From Camelus ferus (Eukaryota): a stretch of 64,000 bases of DNA. Position numbers and translations under genes: made by a program. The stretch covers positions 94,614,001-94,678,000 of the forward strand of contig NC_045697.1 in the NCBI RefSeq assembly GCF_009834535.1, given 5' to 3'. Positions 53,891 through 64,000 of the stretch are shown here, one piece after another; within the stretch, counting starts at the first letter, position 1; each line of letters begins with the position of its first letter. Below the pieces are notes generated by a model, which worked only from the letters and a program-made list of their open reading frames with translations, was not told the DNA's origin and did no database searches.

Positions 53891-54150
53891 GCTCAAATCT
53901 AGTATGTAAATATTGGTCATTTGGCAGCCATACAATATTTCAAGAATTCTAAATGATGTAACTATTTTTTTCTCCTCTGCTACTTTTTATTTCCTGTAAG
54001 TCTTTTTAACGCTTATTTTGAAAGAAGAGTTTTCTATTCAAAACTTCTAAAAATCAATTACATAACTGGGATTTCAATTCCTTAGTCAACCCTGCAATTG
54101 TAAAGGAGTTGAATTTGGAAATAAGCTTGACATTCAAACCTCATAATACT

Positions 54151-54424
54151 GGTTCCATGGCTGCTTACCACAGGGATGCATTCCTCAGAGAAATACTATT
54201 TGATCCCAGAAAGGGGAAAAAAAGATAATGGATTGCCCCTCCACACGAAACCATAAAAGAGAGTTCTGGGTTGCTGCCATTCAAATGAATAGAAACCGGC
54301 AGCAATTCTAACACCTATCCAGTTTCAATTTTGTAACATCTGCAGGCATCATTCTGGAAATGGTAAACATTTTAATGGTCAGACCCTGTCCACTTATGCA
54401 TTACTATTTCCAGCATTATCCCCT
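54151..54424 (-). mobile_element. Ancient conserved repeat, probably MER121
   Basis: Reverse strand reads gataatgctggaaatagtaatgcat...accattaaaatgtttaccatttcc...ggataggtgttagaattgctgccggtttctattcatttgaatggcagcaac...gtggtaagcagcca, matching my recollection of the MER121 consensus; contains an internal inverted repeat. Confidence 0.65.
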
Positions 54425-56746
54425 ATTTCTGTCTGGAAAGAGAAACTAAAAGGTGACAGATTGCTGTGAATGAAATGAACGGAGATGCCATTTGCATTCA
54501 TTTCTACCGCAGCAAACGCGCTGCTTTCCCCTTCCGCTGCTGTCCTTCGGAGATCTCTCTCACTGCTTTGGAAAATTCAAGAGCCAGACGCGACATTTTG
54601 ATCATGCAGCTGGAACTCCAAGCAGCAGCACATGAATTGAATTAAGAGCATCAAACAACTTTATAATTACAGTCCATCTCTTCCTTTTCGATACAAATCC
54701 ATTCTGACTGAATGAAGATGGAAACTGCACAGTCTCCGAAAATTGAATTTTTATAAATGTAAAAACTTTTAAGTGTCCAGTGCACACTTACTAAAATTCA
54801 GAAACTGAATAGCAGGTTATTTACTTTATATAAATTTGAAATTTGATTAACCAAAACCCATGCATTTTGTTTGGACGCCGTGTATTAAAAAGGTAGGTTG
54901 ATTTTAGTCAGCAATTATCCCTAAAAGTGTTATATCTGGAGGACAATTCAACATGTGTACCGAATGCATGAACACGATAATGCAGCATAGATGTATATGC
55001 ACTTAATCTATCTGTTTTTGTAAAAGAGTGAAAAAAGAAGGAGCCCTTTTTCATTTTTTTACTGTTGCCAAATGTACCGTCAAACACAGATCAAATTTTA
55101 TCCTGGATTGTACACTTCTAGGCACTTTGTAGAAGGATCTCAAAGCATTTTGTTGACCAATTAAAGGTGACCCATTACTACAAAACAAAGCCAAATATAA
55201 AGCCAAATATGACACGTTATTATAATGTCAGACCAATAAATAATAGTTCAGAGTGTTCACTGAAGGAAATTCCTTTGCAATTTTAGATAAAAAATTACTC
55301 TGAGGGCTATCTAAATTCTAACAAGTAATCCTTTAAGGAAGGAATAAACATATGTATAGAGCCTTAATTGGGAGTTTATTTATAACTATAATGAAGACAT
55401 AAAATATGACTTTTAGCGACACATTTCCTTTTTTCTGCCTTTTGTCTTCTCAAGGAAATATGTATTTCCTGTTAAAAACAAATTTTTTGGAAGGAAACAT
55501 TAAAAAACTAACAGCAGCTAACATGTGAATCAGCTCTGGAATCTCTGTAATTTCCAAGTCTAAAGACCTATACAAATAATTTTGTGTTTTACTTTATACT
55601 ATGATTAGTAAAGCTGCCCACTGTAGTTAAATCCCTGTTTATTTGTTAGTGTATTTATGGAATCCAAAATTGAGGTACCCAGTTATAAACGTAGAGGACA
55701 TTTAACTTAAAGGTAAAATACTGTTCCTCTGATAGGTTGAATCTTTATTTGCATTTTAAAGTTTTGCAGTACAGTAAACTTTAGTAGCAAAAATGACTCA
55801 GAGTTGTTCCTACTGAAATTTTTAATTTAGGTAATTAACACATTTTAGACCAGAATATTTTCTTTTGCATGAGATAAACTTGTCCAAAATTCTGCTTCCA
55901 AACATCACACATTTTGGTTGATGAAAGACTTTATTTCTAATAAGCTTTTCCCTTGGATTTACTTGATGTTGTCATGAGTACTTTAACTGAACAGGAAAAG
56001 TTGAAAAATTGTAGAGAGGAGAGGAGTCTTCTCTACCTTTCTCAAAAACAGAAAAAGAAAAACGAATAAACAAAACCCTCTCATGCATCACTAAACTGTC
56101 AATTTCAGATTATAAGCAACTTTTTTCTTTTTATAAAACTCTGGGAATTAATAACCAAATAAGTCAGAAAAAGGAAAAGCAGCAGTAGCCTTTTTTTGTG
56201 GCAGCTTTCAGTTATTTGACTGTTTAGATTGATTGGGGGAATTGCAATAGTGTCATTTATTCAGTACATGTGTGGATAAAGTATGAAGCAAGGCCAATAA
56301 ATCCTCTCGTGAATAAATATATGGTAAGGCTTCCATCATAGCTAAAAATAGATTACCCTTTCAATTCACATCTGACTTTAGGTTATATACAAAAATGTGT
56401 ATGTTTTATTCAACCCATGCTTTAACTTGAATATGTCGACATTTGGTATGCAGGCTAGATTTTTTTTCATTTTATAAAATTAAAAATATTCCACTTCTCC
56501 AAAGCAGACTTTAAATTGTTTTTAAATGATCCAGCCCACACAAACCTAATTTCACTTGAAAGATTTTATTGTTCCTGCAAATATTAAGTAATGGCATCCC
56601 TCTCTACCTAAGATATCCCTAGGTATTTAGACTTTTGCACACAATTTGACAAACACTAGCTTTAACTAAGTAGTTAAATAAAATAATTCCTAGACAAGTC
56701 AATAGTTCCCAAGCCTGCTATATGACTTTCTGCAAAATGTATTTTA

Positions 56747-57063
56747 CAGGCAGACTTCCCTTCATTGCGCTGTGCTTTATTGCACTTCTCAGACATTGTG
56801 TTTTTCACAAATTGAAGGTTTGTGGCAACTCTGAGTTGTCAGATGATGGTTAGCAATATCTAACAAAGTATTTTTAAATTAAGATATATATATTGTTTTT
56901 CTGGACATAATGCTATTGCACACTTAATAGACTATCGTATAGTGTAAAATGTAGCTTTTTTATGCACTGGGAAACTAAAAAAATTTACGTGACTCATTTT
57001 GTTATGATACTCACTTTACTGCAGTGGTCTGGACCTGAACCAGCTCTATCTGAGGTATGCTTG
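56747..57063 (+). mobile_element. Non-autonomous Tigger1 derivative (TcMar) with TIRs and TA TSD
   Basis: ta|caggcagactt...aaattgaaggtttgtggcaac...gaggtatgcttg|ta; both Tigger1-type ends within about 317 bp. Confidence 0.88.
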
Positions 57064-57221
57064 TATTTTACTTACATATAATGAAGAAAAATGGCCTTCA
57101 AGATTAACAAAATGATGTAATGATGTTATAAGTTGCTGCCTTAATGGAGGAGCTCATCAGTGAGGTATGGAACAACAACAAAAATCCCAATTGTTTCTCA
57201 AGATTCATAGAATATTAATTA

Positions 57222-57392
57222 CTTCCCTTGGTTAACTATGAGAATCACCTGGGACATTTAAAAAAAATAACAGATGAACATGATCCACCCCAGGACAATT
57301 AAGTAATAATCTCCAGATATGTAGCCTGAGAATTGCAATATTTAAAAAGTTCCCAGGCATTGCTCACGTCCAGCCAAACTGGAAAACCAGTA
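57222..57392. mobile_element. MER5-like hAT element
   Basis: agaatcacctggg...aaaaagttcccagg...cagccaaactggaaaaccagt. Confidence 0.7.
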
Positions 57393-57811
57393 CCTCAAAG
57401 GAAAAGGGATGACACAGATTTGGTTTGCTACTCTGAACGTAACTTGTATAGAGGTGTGGTTTAACAGCCAATCATGGTAAAACGTGAATAATTAGTCAAA
57501 CAGAATGAAGTTGTACTTGCAAGTAATCTAAGTCCCATATAAAAGAATTTCCAAATAATTTAATGGTATGACAATGTAAACAAAATTGGTATGTCCCCAA
57601 AAAGTACAAAGGAAGAATTCAACATTTATATATATAGATCTATACATGTTTGTGAGTACATGTATCTATAGCTACATAAATATTGATAGATACAGAATAT
57701 ACATATGTATGGAATATAGAAAGATACAGATATGTAAATAAATGAGACATACAGAATACATATAAACTATTTTTGAAAATATATTGAAACATTATGTTTT
57801 TGTTTCTACAT

Positions 57812-58448
57812 TGTTTCTTTCTACAATTCTAGAGGCTAGAAGTTCAAGATCAAGATGTCTGCAGGTTTGGTTTCTCATGAGGTCTCTCTCCTATGCTTGC
57901 AGATAGCTGCCTTCTTGCTGTGTCCTCATGTGGTTGCCCCTCTGTCTTTGTGTTATGTGTCCTAGTCTCCTCTTATAAGGACACAAGTCTAATTGGAATA
58001 CTTCCCTCTCCTCCAAAGACCTAATTTTAAGTTACTTTTTAAAAATTCCAAGACTGGAGGGGACGGATAAATTAGGAGCTTGGTATTAACAGATACACAC
58101 TACTATATATAAAATAGATAAATAGCATAGTCCTAATGTATAGCACAGGGAACTATATTCAACATCTTGTTATAACCTATAATGGGAAAGAATCTGAAAA
58201 AGAATATATATATATGTGTGTGTATATATATATATGTATATACATATACATATATAATTGAATCGCTTTGCTGTACAGCAAAAACCAACACAACATTGTA
58301 AATCAACTATACTTCAATAAACATTTTTTTTAAAAGAAATTCGAAGTCTGAATACAGTGACATTCTAAGGAACTAGGGCTTAGGAGACAATATAAGAATT
58401 TGAATTCATAATTCAAATTCATGAGGGGACACAATTCAATCCATGACA
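57812..58448 (-). mobile_element. MaLR LTR (MLT1B/C-like) interrupted by an L1 fragment
   Basis: acaattctagaggctagaagttcaagatcaag...cttataaggacac...|...aatacagtgacattctaagg...ggggacacaattcaatccatgaca. Confidence 0.85.
58056..58336 (+). mobile_element. 5'-truncated L1 3'UTR with 13-bp TSD
   Basis: tatagcacagggaactatattcaa...tcaactatacttcaataaa; flanks aaattccaagact (58043-58055) and aaattcgaagtct (58337-58349). Confidence 0.9.
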
Positions 58449-58762
58449 GGTAGATAAAGGAAAAATAGGTAAACAGATAGACCAATGGACAAAAATTATT
58501 CAGGAAAAGCAAGGTAATTGACATGTAACACAGTAGTTGCTCAGTATTTCTTAAAATAATTTCATAAGTACAGTGAAGAGGTGGAAGAGCCCAAATCAGC
58601 TCAGAGAATAAACAGTAAAGAGTTTAGCTGGAAAGGAAAGTATAAAGAAATAATGGAACATGTGCCTTTAAAGGATGATTGAGATAAGATAATGGCACTT
58701 AGGGATTCTTATCAGTAGGATAAGTGGATTTTACTTTGTACAAATAAATATAGAATATGACA

Positions 58763-59300
58763 TGAGATGGGGTTCTGGATGTGCTACCCCAAAATATGAC
58801 ACCTTGGTATACTGAATATCTTAAGTTGAAGGAGTTTGAGAAGATGGCAGAAGCAAGAAGATTACTCTGACCTCCCTCCACCTTACGATTCCTTCCCTGA
58901 AAACAGGAGATGAACCTTCCAGATGAAAGGAAAGACACCCTCCCTGTACTAGGAGGGCAGAAAGCACCCTCTCATCAGAGGACAGGGAATTTAGGGCCAA
59001 GAAGGTGATACAAACAAACTTTGTTAAACTAACCCAAATCTTCCTAGTTGGTTCTTCACCATTTATTACTCCTGGCCCAAATTCCTCTGTCTTGTCAATT
59101 CTTCTCAAATTTATTTATTTATCTTGTCTAAAAAGTGTAAAATCTCCATCTCTAGTCACTTCTTCCAGTCTCATATCTTTGTGGGACTTCCACACATGAA
59201 TTTGTTTTTTTTAAATTTAACTTTTAATGTGTAAATTACAGGAGACAGGCTCAGCCAAGAAACCAGAATAGTAGAGGGAAATTATTTTTCATCCCCTACA
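58763..59300 (+). mobile_element. ERV1 solo LTR, MER34-like
   Basis: gctaccccaaaatatgacaccttgg..tactgaatatcttaagttgaaggagtttgagaa...tttttcatcccctaca. Confidence 0.8.
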
Positions 59301-59454
59301 CATCATGTCAGCGTCAGAAGGAGAACTAGTGGAGGTTTCAGAGTAAGAGGATGACATGCTCATTTTAGAGGGGTTTTTATATAAACATTTTGAGTGGAGA
59401 TCGATTGGGTGCTGTAAAACAGTAAGAACCCTAACATTGTATGACTTTCTCTTA

Positions 59455-59740
59455 AAATCTTAGCATCATAAAATTGTAACTTAGGAAGGAATTTTGAAAT
59501 TTGTCTATTTTATCTAAAACAGGAATCCTTGTTTAAAAATCTATAAAAGGTAGAGTGGCTCCATTGTTTTCAAAAATTACACTATATATATACTATAATG
59601 TAAGACCATCCACTATGATCTTTTGTTTATTTTGTTTTTTAGGTACATGCATCATGTTTTAAGAAAATGATTCCCTTACAGTGAGCTGAAATGACTTTCT
59701 TGTATTTTCTATTAGTCTTAATTCTACTACTTCCATGACT
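59455..59740 (-). mobile_element. L3/CR1 LINE fragment (3' end)
   Basis: atcataaaatt...ggaaggaattttgaaatttgtcta...ttcccttacagtgagctgaaat...attagtcttaattcta, L3-like. Confidence 0.5.
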
Positions 59741-60311
59741 TTAGTAGATATGTTCCACCACCAAGGCAGGTAGTAGTAAAATTTATTTTACAACCAAAAT
59801 GGGGTGTGGAGTGGGGTGAGGTGGGTATAATCAATTAATTTTGTTAGATACCATTTCTAGGCCCTGCCATTTGTTTGTCATTGGCTGCATTTTGTCTCTT
59901 AGTTTCTTTCTGATCATTTTTTTTTTTTTTTAGCCAATATTGATACCATTTGACCTGTCCAAGATCACCTGTATGTTCCATTTGGTTTAGTCTGATGCTG
60001 TGGGCACTGCTGTTTTCTAAATATGCCTGGATATCTAGCTTCTTTGAATCACTGCCATTAAAAGCTAAATTGCAGTTGCTGCTAATTCCCAAATAATCTT
60101 CATGAACTTGGAGTCTAGTTACTCCTCCAATCTCACCAGTCAAAATCAATCAAACCATCAGTTTCTCCTGATTATGAATTTTTTTAGATAGCTTCAATAC
60201 AGAGTGCCAGTCTTCAAGAAGTGCTTGCTTCCATCTGTTCTTCTCCCAATCCTGACCACCATCAGGTGAACATACGTAGTAATTCTTCAGAAGTTGCCTA
60301 AAGTTTTGCTA

Positions 60312-60466
60312 CAGTGTTCTCTCTGTAGCAGCAATAGTTGTAACATCTATGAACTATTAGAAATTCAGAATCTCAGGTGCCACCCAACACCTACAGAATC
60401 ACAACAGCCTTCATTTTAACAAAACACACAGGTGATTTGTATGCATATTAAAGGTTAGGGAGTACT
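60312..60466. mobile_element. MER5A-like hAT element
   Basis: ttagaaattcagaatctcagg...cattttaacaa...caggtgatttgtatgcatattaaagg. Confidence 0.8.
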
Positions 60467-60564
60467 CACATTTGGAGATGCAGCATCTCCTTGAGGCATC
60501 TCTCCCAGCCCTGTTGATTAACCCCTAAATACCTACTTGGTACATCTGTAACAACACATGAAAG

Positions 60565-60720
60565 ATATGACACCTATTTCAAATTCCTGGTTCTCAAGTA
60601 TTTGAAAAAATAATCATGTCTCCTTTAATTATTCTCTTCTCAGGTCAAGCTTCTTTGGTCCCTTCACCCATTTCTCTCATGTAAGTGTTTCCAGATATCT
60701 TCAAACTTCAGTCATTTAGA
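60565..60720 (-). mobile_element. L3/CR1 fragment, probable continuation of 59455-59740
   Basis: tcaagtatttgaaaaaataatcatgtctcc...tctcttctcaggtcaagc...cccttcacccattt. Confidence 0.5.
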
Positions 60721-61460
60721 ACGTCTGTTAGATGATTTCTAACCTGTCAGTATCTACAGCAAATGCAGGTTTCTTTTCTGCCTGCTGCACAGAAGAAAAC
60801 ACTGAGAGGTAAATGCAAATGGGATTCAGGCATGACCAATTACACATTACCAGTGCACTCATGTCTTAATAAAGTTGAGAAATCAATTCAATTTTTAGCT
60901 TTTTTCCAAGATGGGTTGCCCAACATGATACAGAATGATGAATGTTGACCTCTTAAAATCACTAAGGTATAAAGTGTAACAAAAATTATTAATACAGCCA
61001 TGTGATTAAGTAGGTCTCTATCAATGAATCACAGTGACGGGATTATTCTAGACTTTACCTGCAGCAGTGATAAATGAGGTCGTTAGTGAAAATCAAATGC
61101 AAATATCATCAGATCCTGGAACATTTCTCTTTATACATTAAAAAAGACATTTCCAATTTGCAGAGATATACACACTTCAATCTTAAAATATATCTCTATG
61201 GCAAGTAAAGTTTTTTTTCTTAAAAATAGTCCAGTATTCAAAATCCTGAAATTTTTTAAGCATTTGAAACATACATGTTTATTTTGTAAAATGAGGGAAA
61301 ACTACCCTAAAATAAACTTATAAAGAGGTATGAAATATGATATGACAATTTACACTTCAGTATTTTTTTGCATATGTAATTGATTAATTGTAACAGGCCA
61401 ATAAAGCTAAAATATTCTAGATTCCAAGTATGCCTCCTTTTTGTCAAATGGTGATATATT

Positions 61461-61955
61461 TATTTATTTATTTATTTTTATTTCTAAATGTTTAAAATTT
61501 TTTAACTTTTTATTGATTTGTAAACATTTTACAATATTGTGTCAAATTCCAGTGTACAGCACAATTTTTCAGTCATACATAAACATATATATATTCATTG
61601 TCACATTTTTTTCTCTGTGAACTACTGTAAGATCTTGTATATATTTCCCTGTGCTATACAGTATAATCTTGTTTATCTATTCTACAGTTTTGAAATCCCA
61701 GTCTATCCCTTCCTACCCCTCACCCCCTTGGCAACCACAAGTTTTATTCTATGTCTATGAGTCTATTTCTGTTTTGTATTTATGCTTTGTTTGTTTGTTT
61801 GTTTGTTTTAGATTCCACATATGAGTGATCTCATATGGTATTTTTCTTTCTCTTTCTGGCTTACTTCACTTAGAATGACATTCTCCAGGAGCATCCATGT
61901 TGCTGCAAATGGCATTGTGTTGTCAGTTTTTATGGCTGAATAGTATTCCATTGTA
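61461..61955 (-). mobile_element. 5'-truncated young L1 3'UTR with 15-bp TSD
   Basis: ttagattccacatatgagtgatctcatatgg...; flanks aaatggtgatatatt (61446-61460) and aaatgttgatatttt (61956-61970). Confidence 0.92.
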
Positions 61956-63517
61956 AAATGTTGATATTTTTAAATGAAAAAGGCATGGAGATCAAAAACT
62001 GAATTTACATTTTTAAGAGATTTAATATCTATATGTGCCACACATGCACACACACACACACATCTTGAAAACCAAATAGGATAGGTGAGTTGTTTGCTTC
62101 TAAATATGATTAGACTCCATCACTAGCAAAGTGAAGAGAAATAACAATATTGAATATTTGTCCAGTGGATAAAAATGATGTAATGGGTTAGGACTGGAAA
62201 GGTAGGCTGTGGAAAGTCTTTGGTGGGCTTTATTCTGTAGTCAGTATTAAGTCATAAGAAGTTACCGAGAAGAGAAATTCTGTTACTTAGGTATTGAAAA
62301 GTTAACTGTGAAGGAAAAGAAAAGATAGGAGTTTTTTTGTTAGTTTGGTTTTGTTTTTTAAGGTTTGAGATTCAGACCCAGGAAGGCTTGTCAAGAGAGA
62401 GCTGTAATTATCCAGAAGAAAAACTTACTATTCTTTGTATTTCCCTGTTTACAAATTTTTCTAGATAGTGATTAAATTCTTCTCCAAAGTCATATAATTC
62501 CTATCCTGTTGCTTTTTTTTAGTACATTCCTTAATTAACTTAGTGCCTCTATTGTTACATGATTGACATTGACTCTTAGTCCAGTTATCAAAATCTTTAC
62601 TGAAAGCTATGATTGGTCAAGGCTTGTAATTTCTATTTAAATTTAATTCTCTTTAAAAATCAGGATGTTCTGATATAGTTCCTACTCATCTATTCTCACT
62701 GTGATAGGCAGTGTGTTTGCCTAACTGCCTGATAATTGAATATTTGTATAGAATTATTCTAATGAATGAAATTCAATTTAATTGTGAAAAGAAAAAAGTG
62801 AAGGAAATCAGTTCTTTAATCCATAAAAAAAAGAAAGAGAGAAAGAGAGATAGAAAAGTTGAGTCTTCTATGCCAGAAACAATAAAAAGAAATGTAACAG
62901 ATCATAAGAACAGATAAAAGATATAGCCATTGACTTTATTGAATTTAACAATTAGAGAGAAAAGCTGGAAAGTAGGTAATTTTAAAATTTTTAGTAACTA
63001 CTATAATCAATGGGAAACAGCAAAGGAATTTAAGACTAAAGTGTAAGAAAGTACTGATTCAGGGATGATTTGAGGGAGGTAACATATGTGATGAAACTTA
63101 AACAATGAGAATGAATTTATGTGACTTTTTTTTCAGTCTGATTCTTTCTGACACAAAAAATGCAGTGTTTTGGGGAGGGTTTAGGAAGGAGATTGCTTCC
63201 TTTTCCTTATACAACCATCATGGATTTTCTCAGTTCCATAGTTCTCAAGTGTACCAAATGGGTGAGTGGTAGATAGGATTAGAGATGATTAGGATTAGAG
63301 ATGATGATTGTATAAGAAATTGTGTTATGGGATGTCGCTCTACATCCTTAAAAGCACTATTTACGAACATGTACATTGTTGCTGCTTTGTTGGTTACTTG
63401 AACCAGCTGCATCAGAACAGATTTTTTTCTTTCACTTGAGCATAAGTCTGATCCAGGTAAAAGGTAGGGCAGGAGGTGGCAATAGCACATAATGAGTGTT
63501 ATTTTGGTGCCACTTTG

Positions 63518-63595
63518 CTTTTGTTTTTTGTTTTTATTGCAATATAGTCAGTTACAACGTGTCCATTTTTGGTGTACAGCACAATGTCCCAGTCA
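63518..63595 (-). mobile_element. Very short L1 3' terminus
   Basis: T-tract then atatagtcagttacaacgtgtcc..tttggtgtacagcacaatg, homologous to 13560-13620. Confidence 0.8.
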
Positions 63596-63990
63596 AGACT
63601 GCATGTGAAGGGTAATCCCCGACAGCATGTGACCTTCCAGAGGTAACAGCTTGGGCCACCAACAAGAAGGGGAAGAAGACAGGGGAACTCCAGGGAATGG
63701 AGATGGGGGCTGCAGAATCGCAGAGGGAGCTTGCACGTCCTAATGATGTTGGTTAATAGCACAATGGGAAGTTTCTGGGTCAGAGAATCTGAAGGGCAGC
63801 AGTGGCATGGGGTCTTCATGGTCCCAGGGTTTATCTTACCTATGGCTAGCAGATCTTGGGTGTAGTTTGAGGAGCATGCAAAGCAGGAAGGCTATAAATG
63901 TTTAAACATCTGCTATTTTCAGCTATAGTTAAAGCAACTGGATGTGTAAAAATTTGAGTTTCAGTGTTGAACTAATGCTCCCAGCCTGCC
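63596..63990. mobile_element. Probable old ERVL-type LTR fragment
   Basis: GC-richer block with tgcaaagcaggaaggctataaatg..taaacatctgct resembling old ERVL LTRs; family not determined. Confidence 0.4.
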
Positions 63991-64000
63991 TTGAAGAAAT

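Noticed and set aside
54536..54556. Possible REST/NRSF RE1 site (gctgctgtcc)
   Set aside because: Only one half-site; the GGTGCTGA half is missing.
56740..57070. Apparent 7-bp TSD (tatttta) around the Tigger element
   Set aside because: Explained by an ordinary TA duplication within a short (TATTT)n-like target.
58699..59199. Three overlapping ORFs
   Set aside because: They lie within a MER34-like LTR; no gag/pol/env similarity.
63499..63819. 106-aa ATG-initiated ORF
   Set aside because: Runs from probable LTR sequence into an L1 tail; no recognisable domain.
1..64000. A novel multi-gene system or prokaryotic-type locus
   Set aside because: No long ORFs, operon structure, arrays or exon chain; the content fits mammalian repeat-rich non-coding DNA.

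Overview
AT-rich, CpG-depleted mammalian genomic DNA with no recognisable protein-coding gene. It reads as a gene desert or the inside of a very large intron. Two short tRNA-derived SINEs and the form of the young L1 3' ends point to a camelid (alpaca/llama/camel) genome; this is inference from recalled repeat families. Much of the window is transposable-element debris: L1 3' fragments (four with readable target-site duplications), L2, MIR, L3/CR1, MaLR (MLT1) and MLT2 solo LTRs, ERV1-type solo LTRs (MER21-, MER34-, MER41- and MER110-like), MER5 and a Tigger1 derivative. The supplied ORFs are short and explained by L1 ORF2 remnants, microsatellites or chance. The most notable stretch is about 54150-54800: a probable MER121 ancient conserved repeat next to a CpG-retaining block with a second, similar hairpin. 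Other points of interest are a solo LTR with intact CCAAT/TATA but apparently no poly(A) signal, several repeat-free enhancer-like blocks and two weak exon candidates. I found no convincing evidence of a new multi-gene system. All family names come from recall of consensus sequences and need RepeatMasker/Dfam confirmation.
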